Shown piece by piece: positions 22,157-30,976 of a DNA stretch of 64,000 nt. This DNA is from Barthelona sp. PCE. Its lineage: Eukaryota. The DNA lies in the NCBI GenBank assembly GCA_040285745.1, contig JAUFOR010000008.1:1860001-1924000 (forward strand), written 5' to 3'. How positions within the stretch are numbered: the first letter of the stretch is position 1; each line of letters opens with the position of its first letter. The notes beneath the pieces are model-generated. The model made no database searches and was not told the origin of the DNA. It saw only the letters and a list, made by a program, of their open reading frames with translations. The translations under genes and the position numbers were made by a program.

Positions 22157-23728
22157 CTATCTTCTTTTTGTTTGTAATGACATTCCTGATACATTAAAAT
22201 CTAATTCTACAGCAACATTTGTTCTTCTTCTTGGTTGCCTAACACGTGGTAGAGACTGTGTAATATTTCTTATACGTCGCTCATTAATTCTCTGTGCCTG
22301 ACTCATACTACCCACGGATAAATCCAATTCATGACTACTTTCTGGTTCGACTGATGCTTCTGCTGATGTTTCTGTTACTGATTCAATGTGCTGTACTGTT
22401 CTGCTCGCTGCTGCCTCACTGACAATCTGCTTGAGAGGTGTTGATGGGGTGCCTATGACCAGCTTACTACCCTTCAATCCATCAAAAGACAGTAGGGTGT
22501 TTACCTCGTTTTCAGCGTTTGAAACCGCTTTTCTGGCACTCTTACGCCTCTTTTTCGGCTGTGCTGCATGTAATAACAGCCTACGAGCACAATACGGACA
22601 TTTCTCACCAAGTTCCGAAACGATACACTCTCTGTGGTAAATACAGCCACACGAGAGAACAATTGCCGGCCTTTCACCACATACCTCATCGTGACATCCA
22701 TAACAAACGCATTCATCGGTGATTTGTGGAATAACTTTGATAATCTTTGCTGTCTCAGTCAATAGACTTTCAGGCTCTTCATCAAGTGTCAGCAACAAGT
22801 TGTAATCCTCAGGTGTCAAGTCTCTATATTGCAGCTCTCGTACTTCATTCATCAAAACAGGATTGTTCTTTATCTTTTTCGAAATTCGCAAAGGCGCCTC
22901 TATCCACTCCTCATCCGGCTTGCGTCGACAAACGAATGCGCGTTCAGGAAGTTGATTGTCCATATAGTGCTTTAAACAAAGTATATCACTTGATAACCCC
23001 AAAGTGGGATCATCATCGCACGTTTTATAGACCCATCCACGAACGTATCCACGGCATTGCGAGCAGTAGCACCCCTTGTGGAAGGGGACACGGTGCTCAA
23101 TTGGCAGTTCCCTCTGTGGTTTAACCATCTCTCTAGCGTTTTGTCTCATTGCTGCAATAGTCTGATTCGTCCACTCGTCTCTACAGAGTGGACATGTCGT
23201 TTTGTGGGTTCTGTTGTGCGCTGCAAACATATTAAAGCAGGAATAATGCAAATACTGACCACAACTGAAACACCAAATCACCTTACCCTCGTGCACTGCA
23301 TCAAAACAGATTGGACATACACCACTACCATCAGGTGGTGTGGGAGGCCGAACCTCAAGCGTTGAAACCTCACCTTTCCGTCTATTTGATGCGTTTGCAT
23401 GTTCTTCCATACGGAAAAACCCGTTAAGAAGCTGATCAATTGTGCGCTCGCTGCAGTTGAGTTGCCACAAAATAGGGTCATCATGTGGAATGCGGAAAAC
23501 CTTTGTCATGACGAAAAGCATGTGAATGCAAACATTTGAGATTCCTCCATATTTTGTACATGTGCACGAATGCTGTGTGGTGTCAATTGTCACTCTGAAT
23601 TTCTTTCGCTGGTCATTTTGAAGTAAAAAAGATAATGGCCCCACTCTTTGCAATAAAAACAATCGTACATTTGGTAATTCTCCTAATAGTTGTGTTACCT
23701 CTTCTGGACACCTTGTTTTAAAGCCCAT
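22157..23728 (-). CDS. SWIM + RING + ZZ + RING E3 ligase (ZSWIM2/MEX-like)
   Basis: LFLLQRVGPLSF, SWIM CTC...CIHMLFVM, RING CPICF..CGQYLHYSC..CPLCR, ZZ-like CSQC, LQYRDLTPEDYNLLLTLD, second RING. Confidence 0.85.
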   Translation of the reverse strand: MGFKTRCPEEVTQLLGELPNVRLFLLQRVGPLSFLLQNDQRKKFRVTIDTTQHSCTCTKYGGISNVCIHMLFVMTKVFRIPHDDPILWQLNCSERTIDQLLNGFFRMEEHANASNRRKGEVSTLEVRPPTPPDGSGVCPICFDAVHEGKVIWCFSCGQYLHYSCFNMFAAHNRTHKTTCPLCRDEWTNQTIAAMRQNAREMVKPQRELPIEHRVPFHKGCYCSQCRGYVRGWVYKTCDDDPTLGLSSDILCLKHYMDNQLPERAFVCRRKPDEEWIEAPLRISKKIKNNPVLMNEVRELQYRDLTPEDYNLLLTLDEEPESLLTETAKIIKVIPQITDECVCYGCHDEVCGERPAIVLSCGCIYHRECIVSELGEKCPYCARRLLLHAAQPKKRRKSARKAVSNAENEVNTLLSFDGLKGSKLVIGTPSTPLKQIVSEAAASRTVQHIESVTETSAEASVEPESSHELDLSVGSMSQAQRINERRIRNITQSLPRVRQPRRRTNVAVELDFNVSGMSLQTKRR

Positions 23729-23820
23729 AATTAGATAATAAATATAAAACTATCAGAGGAAAAGAAGAAAAGCAAAAACAAAAACTGAATACCTGATTGG
23801 AGGTTTATTGATTAGGATTC

Positions 23821-24801
23821 TTAGTAATGAGTCTTGTTCTGGTTGTAACGGTTATCATAGTAAGAGCCTTGTTGGTTGTAGCCCTGAGCCTGACCTGTTT
23901 GACCTTGCTCAGTACTTGGCTGATTTCCTTCGAAGGATTGAGCACCATAAGAAGAGTTCTGCTGATAATATCCCTCACTGCTGTTACGGTTGTCATAACG
24001 CTGTTGTTGGTAAGGGGGTTGGTTGTAGCTACCCTCATTGTAACCAGAACCACCCTGATAATCGTTACGACGATTGTAATAATTGCGGTTACCACCACGA
24101 TCATTGTAGCCACCACGGCCACCTCCATAACCGCCACGGCCTCCACCGTAACCGCCACGACGGTTGTTGTAACCACCACGGCCACCGCCACGCTTGGAGA
24201 AAGTTCTTCTTCTAGATCTTCCACGATCACCAGAATCAAAATCCATGTGAAGGGCACGACCAAGGAACTCTGTACGGTTCAGCTCGCTGATAGCGCGCTC
24301 ACCGGCTTCACGGTTCTCAAAACGAATGAAACCGAAACCACGGCTGCGACCATCAGGACGAACAAGAATGTTACAGCGAACCAATTTACCGTACTTGGCA
24401 AAGAGGGTTTGAAGATCGGACTCTTGACAGTCAAAGCTCAAGTTACCGACGTAGATATCGTTCTCGTTCCTAGTATAGTTAGGGTTTTGGTTCTGGAAAC
24501 CAGAATTTCCTTCACCTTGGTTAGAACCGTAAACAGGTTGGTTCTCGGTGGTCTGGGGGGCATTTCCGTACATAGGCTGAGCTTCAACAGCAGGAGCAGC
24601 GTTGTAACCAGTAGATTCAACAGGCTGGGGGTTGTAAGATGCCTCAGCATATTCTTCACCATACTGAGCTTGGGGCTGGGCTTCAGTCTCAGTCACAGCG
24701 GGCTGAGCAGGAGCCTCAGTGGTCTCAACATTTGTGTTAGCATATTCTTCTACATTGTAAGCAGCTTGCTCAGTAGTGTTCTCATAATCATAAGAGCTCA
24801 T
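23821..24801 (-). CDS. Single-RRM RNA-binding protein with RGG and Q/N/Y low-complexity tails
   Basis: RNP2 IYVGNL, RNP1 RGFGFIRF, RGGYGGG repeats, strong codon bias. Confidence 0.9.
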   Translation of the reverse strand: MSSYDYENTTEQAAYNVEEYANTNVETTEAPAQPAVTETEAQPQAQYGEEYAEASYNPQPVESTGYNAAPAVEAQPMYGNAPQTTENQPVYGSNQGEGNSGFQNQNPNYTRNENDIYVGNLSFDCQESDLQTLFAKYGKLVRCNILVRPDGRSRGFGFIRFENREAGERAISELNRTEFLGRALHMDFDSGDRGRSRRRTFSKRGGGRGGYNNRRGGYGGGRGGYGGGRGGYNDRGGNRNYYNRRNDYQGGSGYNEGSYNQPPYQQQRYDNRNSSEGYYQQNSSYGAQSFEGNQPSTEQGQTGQAQGYNQQGSYYDNRYNQNKTHY

Positions 24802-25069
24802 GTTCAAACAAGTGATTTTCAAGTAAAAAAGGGTTCAAAAACACAAAGCATAACAAAATTTGTGAAGAAAACGTTCCTTGCAATATACAAGCAGTTTATT
24901 GAACTTAGGTGATTTATCTACTAACGTTATGTTCGCTTTACAAGCTAAATATTTCAAAAATCGTGCAGTCGTTGTTTGCCTGCAGTAAAAATTGTTTACC
25001 CATTTTAACCACAGATGTTCACCAACTTCATGTTGTATGATCTTTATTCACAAGGGCTGGGATACAAAA

Positions 25070-25954
25070 TTAGGCAATATATTCATCACCAGTAAAAACT
25101 AATTTGGAAGAATCATGTTCACTTAGTACATCAACCTGTATGTACCTTAAGAAGTCTTCATCATCGAAAAAGTTCTGTTTTAGCGATTCATGCGCGTTTG
25201 CTGTCGCATTAACAACACCTTTTATAGACGATGCTTCAGCTGCTGCAGTTGTTAAAATAGATTTTGCTTCTGCATTTGCTTGATTAATTGCGATGTTCTT
25301 ATTATAATTAGCATTTAAAACTTCCGTTTCAGCTTCTACTAAACGTGCTACTTGTTCTTCTTTAACCTTCAAGATGTTTTGCAACGCTTCAGCAATCTCA
25401 TCAATAGCTGCGCTGTATGCTACAGGAAGAACGATATTATTTAATTGGAAATTATCAACAAAAGCATGAGAACCACTAAAAGCGTTTGATAAGGCTGTTT
25501 CCATTTGAATTGCTGTTGTGGATCTGTTACGAATGGCAGCGATCGCTGTGAAGTTTGAACACACATCTCTGATTGTATCACGAGCTGAAACATAGTAATA
25601 GGTTTCATAATTCAACATAAACATGTCATAAACTTCTTCTAATTTAGATGTATCCAGGTTATAACGGAAGCTGAGCTCGAGGTCTAATTGTAAACCATCA
25701 ATTGAGCGACATCCAATGCTTTGACTATCACTAAAATCGATATTCCTTTTAACAGTAGGGAAACTAATAAATGACTTGTAAAAGCCGATTAAATGTCTCC
25801 CTTCTACATATTTGTTCACAAAATCAACACGTCCTGTAACACTATTATAGGTAAAAGCAACATTACCCAGATCAACAACAGAAAAGCTGCTAATTATGAG
25901 CACTACGGCCAGAATCACAGATACAAAGATGCAGCAGGAGCCTAATTTGACCAT
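25070..25954 (-). CDS. SPFH/Band 7 (prohibitin-like) membrane protein
   Basis: N-terminal TM, EGRHLIG, RSIDGLQLDLELSFRY, ARDTIRDVCS, Ala/Glu-rich coiled coil (ANAEAKSI). Confidence 0.85.
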   Translation of the reverse strand: MVKLGSCCIFVSVILAVVLIISSFSVVDLGNVAFTYNSVTGRVDFVNKYVEGRHLIGFYKSFISFPTVKRNIDFSDSQSIGCRSIDGLQLDLELSFRYNLDTSKLEEVYDMFMLNYETYYYVSARDTIRDVCSNFTAIAAIRNRSTTAIQMETALSNAFSGSHAFVDNFQLNNIVLPVAYSAAIDEIAEALQNILKVKEEQVARLVEAETEVLNANYNKNIAINQANAEAKSILTTAAAEASSIKGVVNATANAHESLKQNFFDDEDFLRYIQVDVLSEHDSSKLVFTGDEYIA

Positions 25955-26113
25955 CAAAGAGTTAAAAAAGGTATGAAATACAAAAAACGTTGTTAAAGAA
26001 CAATGCATAGTCTTTTATGTGTAGAAATAGTTATTATTGCCCACGTGTGCCGTTGGATCCGCAAAAAAATCCAAAAAAACACTTGGAAAAATATATCTCA
26101 CCCATTCTAAACG

Positions 26114-26812
26114 ATGTTTAAATTTTTAGCCATTCTGTCTGTTCTTTTAGTGGCTCTTGCCTCGTGTCCTTCTGCTCTCAATGGCCTTAATGCTCTTAGC
26201 GTAGAACACCAGTTTGCTGGACCTAACCCCAAGCGTTTAAGCTTCCAAATCAGTCCCTGTGAGCCTTTAGCCCTTTGCAGTGGCCAAGCCTGTCTTTCTT
26301 TTGGTGTTGGTAGCGCAAGCTTCAATGTTGGTCGTAATCCTACGTACAGCATCACTGGTGATCGTCAAATGACTCAAAAGATGTCTGGTATCTATAAGTG
26401 TTTCGATGGCAGCACTACTCATGCAACTGGTACAAAAATCACATATATTTGTGATTCTTCACAATCTGGTGATGGTGCTCTTGAAATTGCACCTGATTTC
26501 GTCTCTGAGGAATGTCCTGCTTCTCAAACACCAACAATTTACACTTTTACTTGGCGTACAGATAAGGTTTGCGATTTATCTCAAGGATCAAGCTTTGGTA
26601 CCGTATTTTGGGTTTTATTCTTCCTCACTGTCATCTTATATCTTGGAATTGGTATTGCTTTCAAGACTATTGCTCAAGGAGCTCGAGGTATTGAAGCTAT
26701 TCCACAAATCGACATGTGGAGGGAATTACCATCACTTTGTAAGGACGGTATTACCTTCTGGAAGTCTAAGATGTCCAAAGGAAGCAAGACAACATCATAC
26801 GAAACTCTTTAG
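26114..26812 (+). CDS. Cation-dependent M6P receptor / ATG27-like sorting receptor
   Basis: Signal peptide, Cys-containing MRH-like domain (YTFTWRTDKVC), TM, ARGIEAIPQIDMW..LPSLCKDG, terminal YETL sorting motif. Confidence 0.85.
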   Translation: MFKFLAILSVLLVALASCPSALNGLNALSVEHQFAGPNPKRLSFQISPCEPLALCSGQACLSFGVGSASFNVGRNPTYSITGDRQMTQKMSGIYKCFDGSTTHATGTKITYICDSSQSGDGALEIAPDFVSEECPASQTPTIYTFTWRTDKVCDLSQGSSFGTVFWVLFFLTVILYLGIGIAFKTIAQGARGIEAIPQIDMWRELPSLCKDGITFWKSKMSKGSKTTSYETL

Positions 26813-26903
26813 AGCTGAATACGTGTAGTAAATTTTTATCATCACTAAAATACTGAATGTATGCTTAACCTTTTCTACAGCTTTTTTTGGGACTAATTGG
26901 GCT

Positions 26904-27167
26904 ATGACTTCTGTTTTTGACGGGCTTATTTCTCCAGAAGAAGAGCATGATACCAAAATCGAGAAACAAAAAAGAAATAGAATGATTTTGCTTATAACAC
27001 TTCGGAAACGTTACAAAAAGTTTATGGATTTGGTTGATGAGATATATAACCAGCAAAAATACAACGTATCACTGAAAGAAATACTTTTTGAACGTGAGAG
27101 ATACCTTCAATCTTTAACACAACGTATAAGAAGGAAAAGGGGGTTTAGCAGCTTTGATAATATGTAG
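26904..27167 (+). CDS. Small coiled-coil protein (weak resemblance to Eaf6)
   Basis: ATG-initiated 87-aa ORF filling the gap between genes. LKEILFERERYL...RGF is reminiscent of Eaf6 but not diagnostic. Confidence 0.45.
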   Translation: MTSVFDGLISPEEEHDTKIEKQKRNRMILLITLRKRYKKFMDLVDEIYNQQKYNVSLKEILFERERYLQSLTQRIRRKRGFSSFDNM

Positions 27168-27258
27168 TGTGAAGTGCAATCGCCCTTGTAAGATGCGAAT
27201 AATACACTCACTTCAGCTTCCACAATAAACTATCTTGAGAAATCTTTTATTAAGTGGC

Positions 27259-28423
27259 TTAACCGAAAAGATCGAAACCGAAGTCCTCCTCCTCAGACTC
27301 AGACTCAGGCTCGGGCTCTTCCTCTTCCTCCTCAACAACTTCTTCAACGACGGCAGCGACAGCAAACTCATCGGGGTTGTCAAGACGGTGCTTGAGCTCC
27401 TCGGCCTGCTTGAAGATACAGTCGGTCTCGAGAGCGAGAGCGAACATATCACGGGCAGCGTTGATAACCATGTGAGGAACGGAAGCAGCGTTAGGAATAC
27501 CAACACTGATTGAAGCAGCAGCAATCTGATCAAAGACAGTCTGCAACTCCTCGGTGATCTGCTCTTCAGTAAGAGCGAGAACATCGGCGGGATAGATCTC
27601 ACCCTGATCGTAACAGGTAACACACTTCATCTTGATGGTGAAGGGGTTGATGTTAAGTCTCTCAAGGAGGGCACTTTGGGAGACGTTAACCTTCTCACCG
27701 TTAGCAATAGCAAGGTGATCGGCAAGGATGCTAATGGCACCCTTGACAATCTTGGTGGGAATGTGAAGAGCTTGGAAGAAGGAAGTCTGGGTTGGGGGAA
27801 GACCAGTGTTACCAGCAGGGATAATGACATCCTTGTTGGCGTACATACCGGGCTTGGCAGGACAAGGAACAATGTTGGAGTCAATGATCTTGAAAACATC
27901 AACAAGAGCCTCGTTAGTGAAAACGAAGGCAATGTTTTGTCTAAGGTGACCGAGTAAACCTCTCAAAGGATCGGTTTCACCAGCAATCTTCTCAATGGCG
28001 ACACGGGCACGGGACTTCTTGCAGACGTAGAAGACGGCAATCTCACGAAGGGATTGACGGATCTTGGCAATCTGTTTGGCACCGACGGTATCAAGGTTGA
28101 CGACAAGGATACGCTTGTACTCCTTGAAAAGCTTCTCAAGAACGTCAATCTGCTTGTTTTTCCACTCTCTCGTCTTAGTGTTAGAAAAAAATCTGGTAGT
28201 GTGTCAAATATGCAAGACAAACAACTGTTCGACACAAAATACTATCCCATTCCTTCCAAACGCCGCAAACGCGTATTGTGAATGGTGCTGAAGATGTGTA
28301 CAGTGAAACAGTGCTTCAACCAACGTTTAAAACTGCAAAACGATAATTCATCGTTGTGAGCTTTGTTTGGTTTGTTTCATGCGGCTGACCCCTTTAAATT
28401 CATACTTTGCGAGCAACAGGCAT
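27259..28423 (-). CDS. RPLP0: 60S acidic ribosomal protein P0 (uL10); two exons 28423-28406 and 28173-27259
   Basis: IPAGNTGLPPTQTSFFQALHIPTKI and C-terminal EEEDFGFDLFG. The frame extends upstream (TREWKNKQ..DTVGAKQIAKIRQSLR) without an ATG. Splicing gives MPVARK|TREWK. Confidence 0.95.
28174..28405 (-). other. Spliceosomal intron in RPLP0 (232 nt, phase 0)
   Basis: GTATGA...TTCTAAC-ACTAAG. Its removal supplies the otherwise missing start codon in frame. Confidence 0.9.
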
Positions 28424-28843
28424 TAGAATTCGATTTGTATTAAAGTAATAATAACAAAAGAAGTACTTCTACCCAAATCTTTACTTGATCAACTTCACAC
28501 TTTGCCACACGCGCTATCGTTGTGCCGTTGTCAAGATTTGAAGGCAGAATATTTAATATATCGCCTATACCCTTGAATGGAACAAACTTACGCTTTGTGG
28601 TTTAATGATCATTATAATCCTCAAATTGGGAGCTTTATTTGAATAAGATGTTGTTTATCAGCTCATAAATGTAATCGTTATATATATATAATTGTCACAT
28701 TTCATGCAGGTTTCACACAAATCATTATACATGATCTAACACCCAACTCCTAAAGTGAAATTTCACTTTGGCCTGATAAATATGCATTAAAAATCCACAA
28801 AGCAATGCAATATCATTCATTACCTTCTCCACCTTGAGGTCAA

Positions 28844-29788
28844 ATGCCTCAGTTGTTTCAGCTAAGCACATTTACAAGGTTTATAGTATTCCTGCTACAA
28901 CCTGTTGCAGCGAATATGCTCATTAATGCGATTAGCACAGCATTAAGTCACGGTATTCGTTATTCTTTCATAATAGCATTTTCATTCTCTGCATCTTTTA
29001 TCTTCTGGAGCCCTATCATATTCCGCAAATCGATGAAAAGCCACTTAAAACGAATGACCAAACATAAGCAGGTGTATAAGCTCATGATTTTACTTATCTG
29101 GTGTATTCTCCTGCTGCTTCTCGAAATGGTCAACTTCCCTAAGCGTAGCTATTGCTTCGGAGGGATTGCATTAGTCCCTTTTTTTATGCTAATCTTCCGT
29201 AAGATCTTCCGCAAGCATACATTCACAGTAGCAGACTACGTATTCGGACTCCCGTTGAGTCTGTGCGGTGCCGTAGTCAGTTATTCAACAATGGATGTTC
29301 ATACTATTTCCAATTTAGTTTTAGGCCCTTTAATGGCTTGTGCTTTAGTTTTATTTATAGCAATCATCCAAAATTATAAGAGCGAAGTGGACGCTAACTT
29401 TTGGGCCACCTTCTACCTCATGGTTACAATTTACGTCCTACTTGTGTTTGTTATTGTAAGCTTTGCCTCCAGCTTTACTTCAATCCCAACAACATTCAAC
29501 AGCGCAGATACGTTCAGCCAAGAGCGACTAAAGGTTGCATGTTTATGTGGCATATATCTGAGTGCCTTTATTCATTACATGGGATTCCTCTTCACATCAT
29601 CTGATGATTTAGCCTACAGTAGCTTCTTGGCGGTATCTCTTATGTCATGGTACCGAAACTTTGGTCTTACTGTATGGAGCTTCAGCGATACTGTTCGGTT
29701 TTTCGTAATCGCCTTTGTGATGTTCTTGTGGAGTTTTTTCAGATTATTATTCCCCTTTAAGAACCTCAATGCTGCCGATAGCCTGTGA
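28844..29788 (+). CDS. Polytopic membrane protein (possible DMT/EamA-like transporter)
   Basis: About 9-10 hydrophobic segments in 314 aa. Family assignment is tentative. Confidence 0.55.
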   Translation: MPQLFQLSTFTRFIVFLLQPVAANMLINAISTALSHGIRYSFIIAFSFSASFIFWSPIIFRKSMKSHLKRMTKHKQVYKLMILLIWCILLLLLEMVNFPKRSYCFGGIALVPFFMLIFRKIFRKHTFTVADYVFGLPLSLCGAVVSYSTMDVHTISNLVLGPLMACALVLFIAIIQNYKSEVDANFWATFYLMVTIYVLLVFVIVSFASSFTSIPTTFNSADTFSQERLKVACLCGIYLSAFIHYMGFLFTSSDDLAYSSFLAVSLMSWYRNFGLTVWSFSDTVRFFVIAFVMFLWSFFRLLFPFKNLNAADSL

Positions 29789-30454
29789 TATAGTAGTTAA
29801 AACACCCATCATCTCTTTTTTTTCTTTGGTCAGATCGATTACTTTTTGTTCAAGCTTATCGTTCTCCTCTTTGTGTTCAAGAAGTGTGTTCTCGAGAATC
29901 TCGATTGCTGTTTCGTGTTTAGAAATTGTTCTATCTCGTATTCTTAAAGCTTTTTCCAGCATCTGAATTTTTGATACATCAACACTTTTCTCCTCATCCT
30001 GTTCTTTGTCTTTGATGCTCATAATACCTATTTGCACGTCGAAGGAGACACCCTCCACTGTCAATTCAGAGCTTTTTAATTTAAAAAAATCTGTTAATCC
30101 TTTTTCCCTCTCAATGAGATGCATTTTCGATTCGCTGCAATCATAAATAAAATCATGTTCATCACAGATGATGTTCACAACTTCACCGTATCCCATCACC
30201 TTGCTCTCTTCCCCTAAAACATGTGTGAATAAATCGCGTAGATTCATTTCCTTAACATCAATTTTTTCTACCTCGGTTGAAACAATCATATTGGTCAAGA
30301 ACAGAATTTCGTATGACGACGAGAGTTCCTCAACTAAATATGATGGATACCATTCTCTATCATCATTAACCAGAACAACTCCTTCTAAAGGCACTGTGAA
30401 ATCAATTTTATCAAAGTTTGTTCGCAAAAATGTGCTAAAATCCTTGTTTTCCAT
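29747..30454 (-). CDS. Hypothetical protein with C-terminal coiled coil
   Basis: ATG-initiated ORF with heptad-rich C-terminus. Confidence 0.65.
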   Translation of the reverse strand: MENKDFSTFLRTNFDKIDFTVPLEGVVLVNDDREWYPSYLVEELSSSYEILFLTNMIVSTEVEKIDVKEMNLRDLFTHVLGEESKVMGYGEVVNIICDEHDFIYDCSESKMHLIEREKGLTDFFKLKSSELTVEGVSFDVQIGIMSIKDKEQDEEKSVDVSKIQMLEKALRIRDRTISKHETAIEILENTLLEHKEENDKLEQKVIDLTKEKKEMMGVLTTISQAIGSIEVLKGE

Positions 30455-30644
30455 GCTGATTTTCTGCAAAAACGCAGTAGTAGTTGTGAAAGAGGTTACT
30501 AATGTTAAACTGATGTTTGTATCAAAATCTTATCCTGCTTATTCTTATGGACCGTAAAAGGCAACTTTGAAAGTCTGAAAGTGATGAAAATGAAATGTAT
30601 AAAAAACCTGCTTTGGCATTTTTTAGTTCTTTCAACTGTTTGAT

Positions 30645-30974
30645 ATGAGTTTCTTTCACAAAAAGAGGATTTCAGTAGAGTTGAACGTGGTTTCTGAGCT
30701 TCATAATGATAGAAACATTCCACTGGACAATGAGATTTTTCAAAATCACCATCTTCTTCCTGATCCTCCCTCATATGATGACCAAATGGAGGATGATGAT
30801 ACCCCTACGCCCAAATATCTTTGGAAAAAGCAAAGAGACAATTGTGAAAGGATCAAAGCAACGTACAACACTATTCTTAACTGTCTATTTACTTCCAGTA
30901 ATACAAAAAGTTTCGAAGAAACTATACACACCGTGTGGAATACAAAAAAATCTCTACAACTTGAATATAAGTAA
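30645..30974 (+). CDS. Small hypothetical protein
   Basis: 109-aa ATG ORF ending 2 nt from the EXO70 stop. Confidence 0.45.
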   Translation: MSFFHKKRISVELNVVSELHNDRNIPLDNEIFQNHHLLPDPPSYDDQMEDDDTPTPKYLWKKQRDNCERIKATYNTILNCLFTSSNTKSFEETIHTVWNTKKSLQLEYK

Positions 30975-30976
30975 AT

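Noticed and set aside
23827-24912. 361-aa + strand ORF antisense to the RRM gene (also the shadow ORFs over reticulon, RPLP0 and CTL)
   Set aside because: Antisense open frames are a by-product of strong codon bias and low complexity. The translations have no protein-like features.
27963-28235. RPLP0 lacking a start codon (non-AUG initiation or trans-splicing)
   Set aside because: Explained by a conventional cis intron and a 6-codon exon at 28406-28423.
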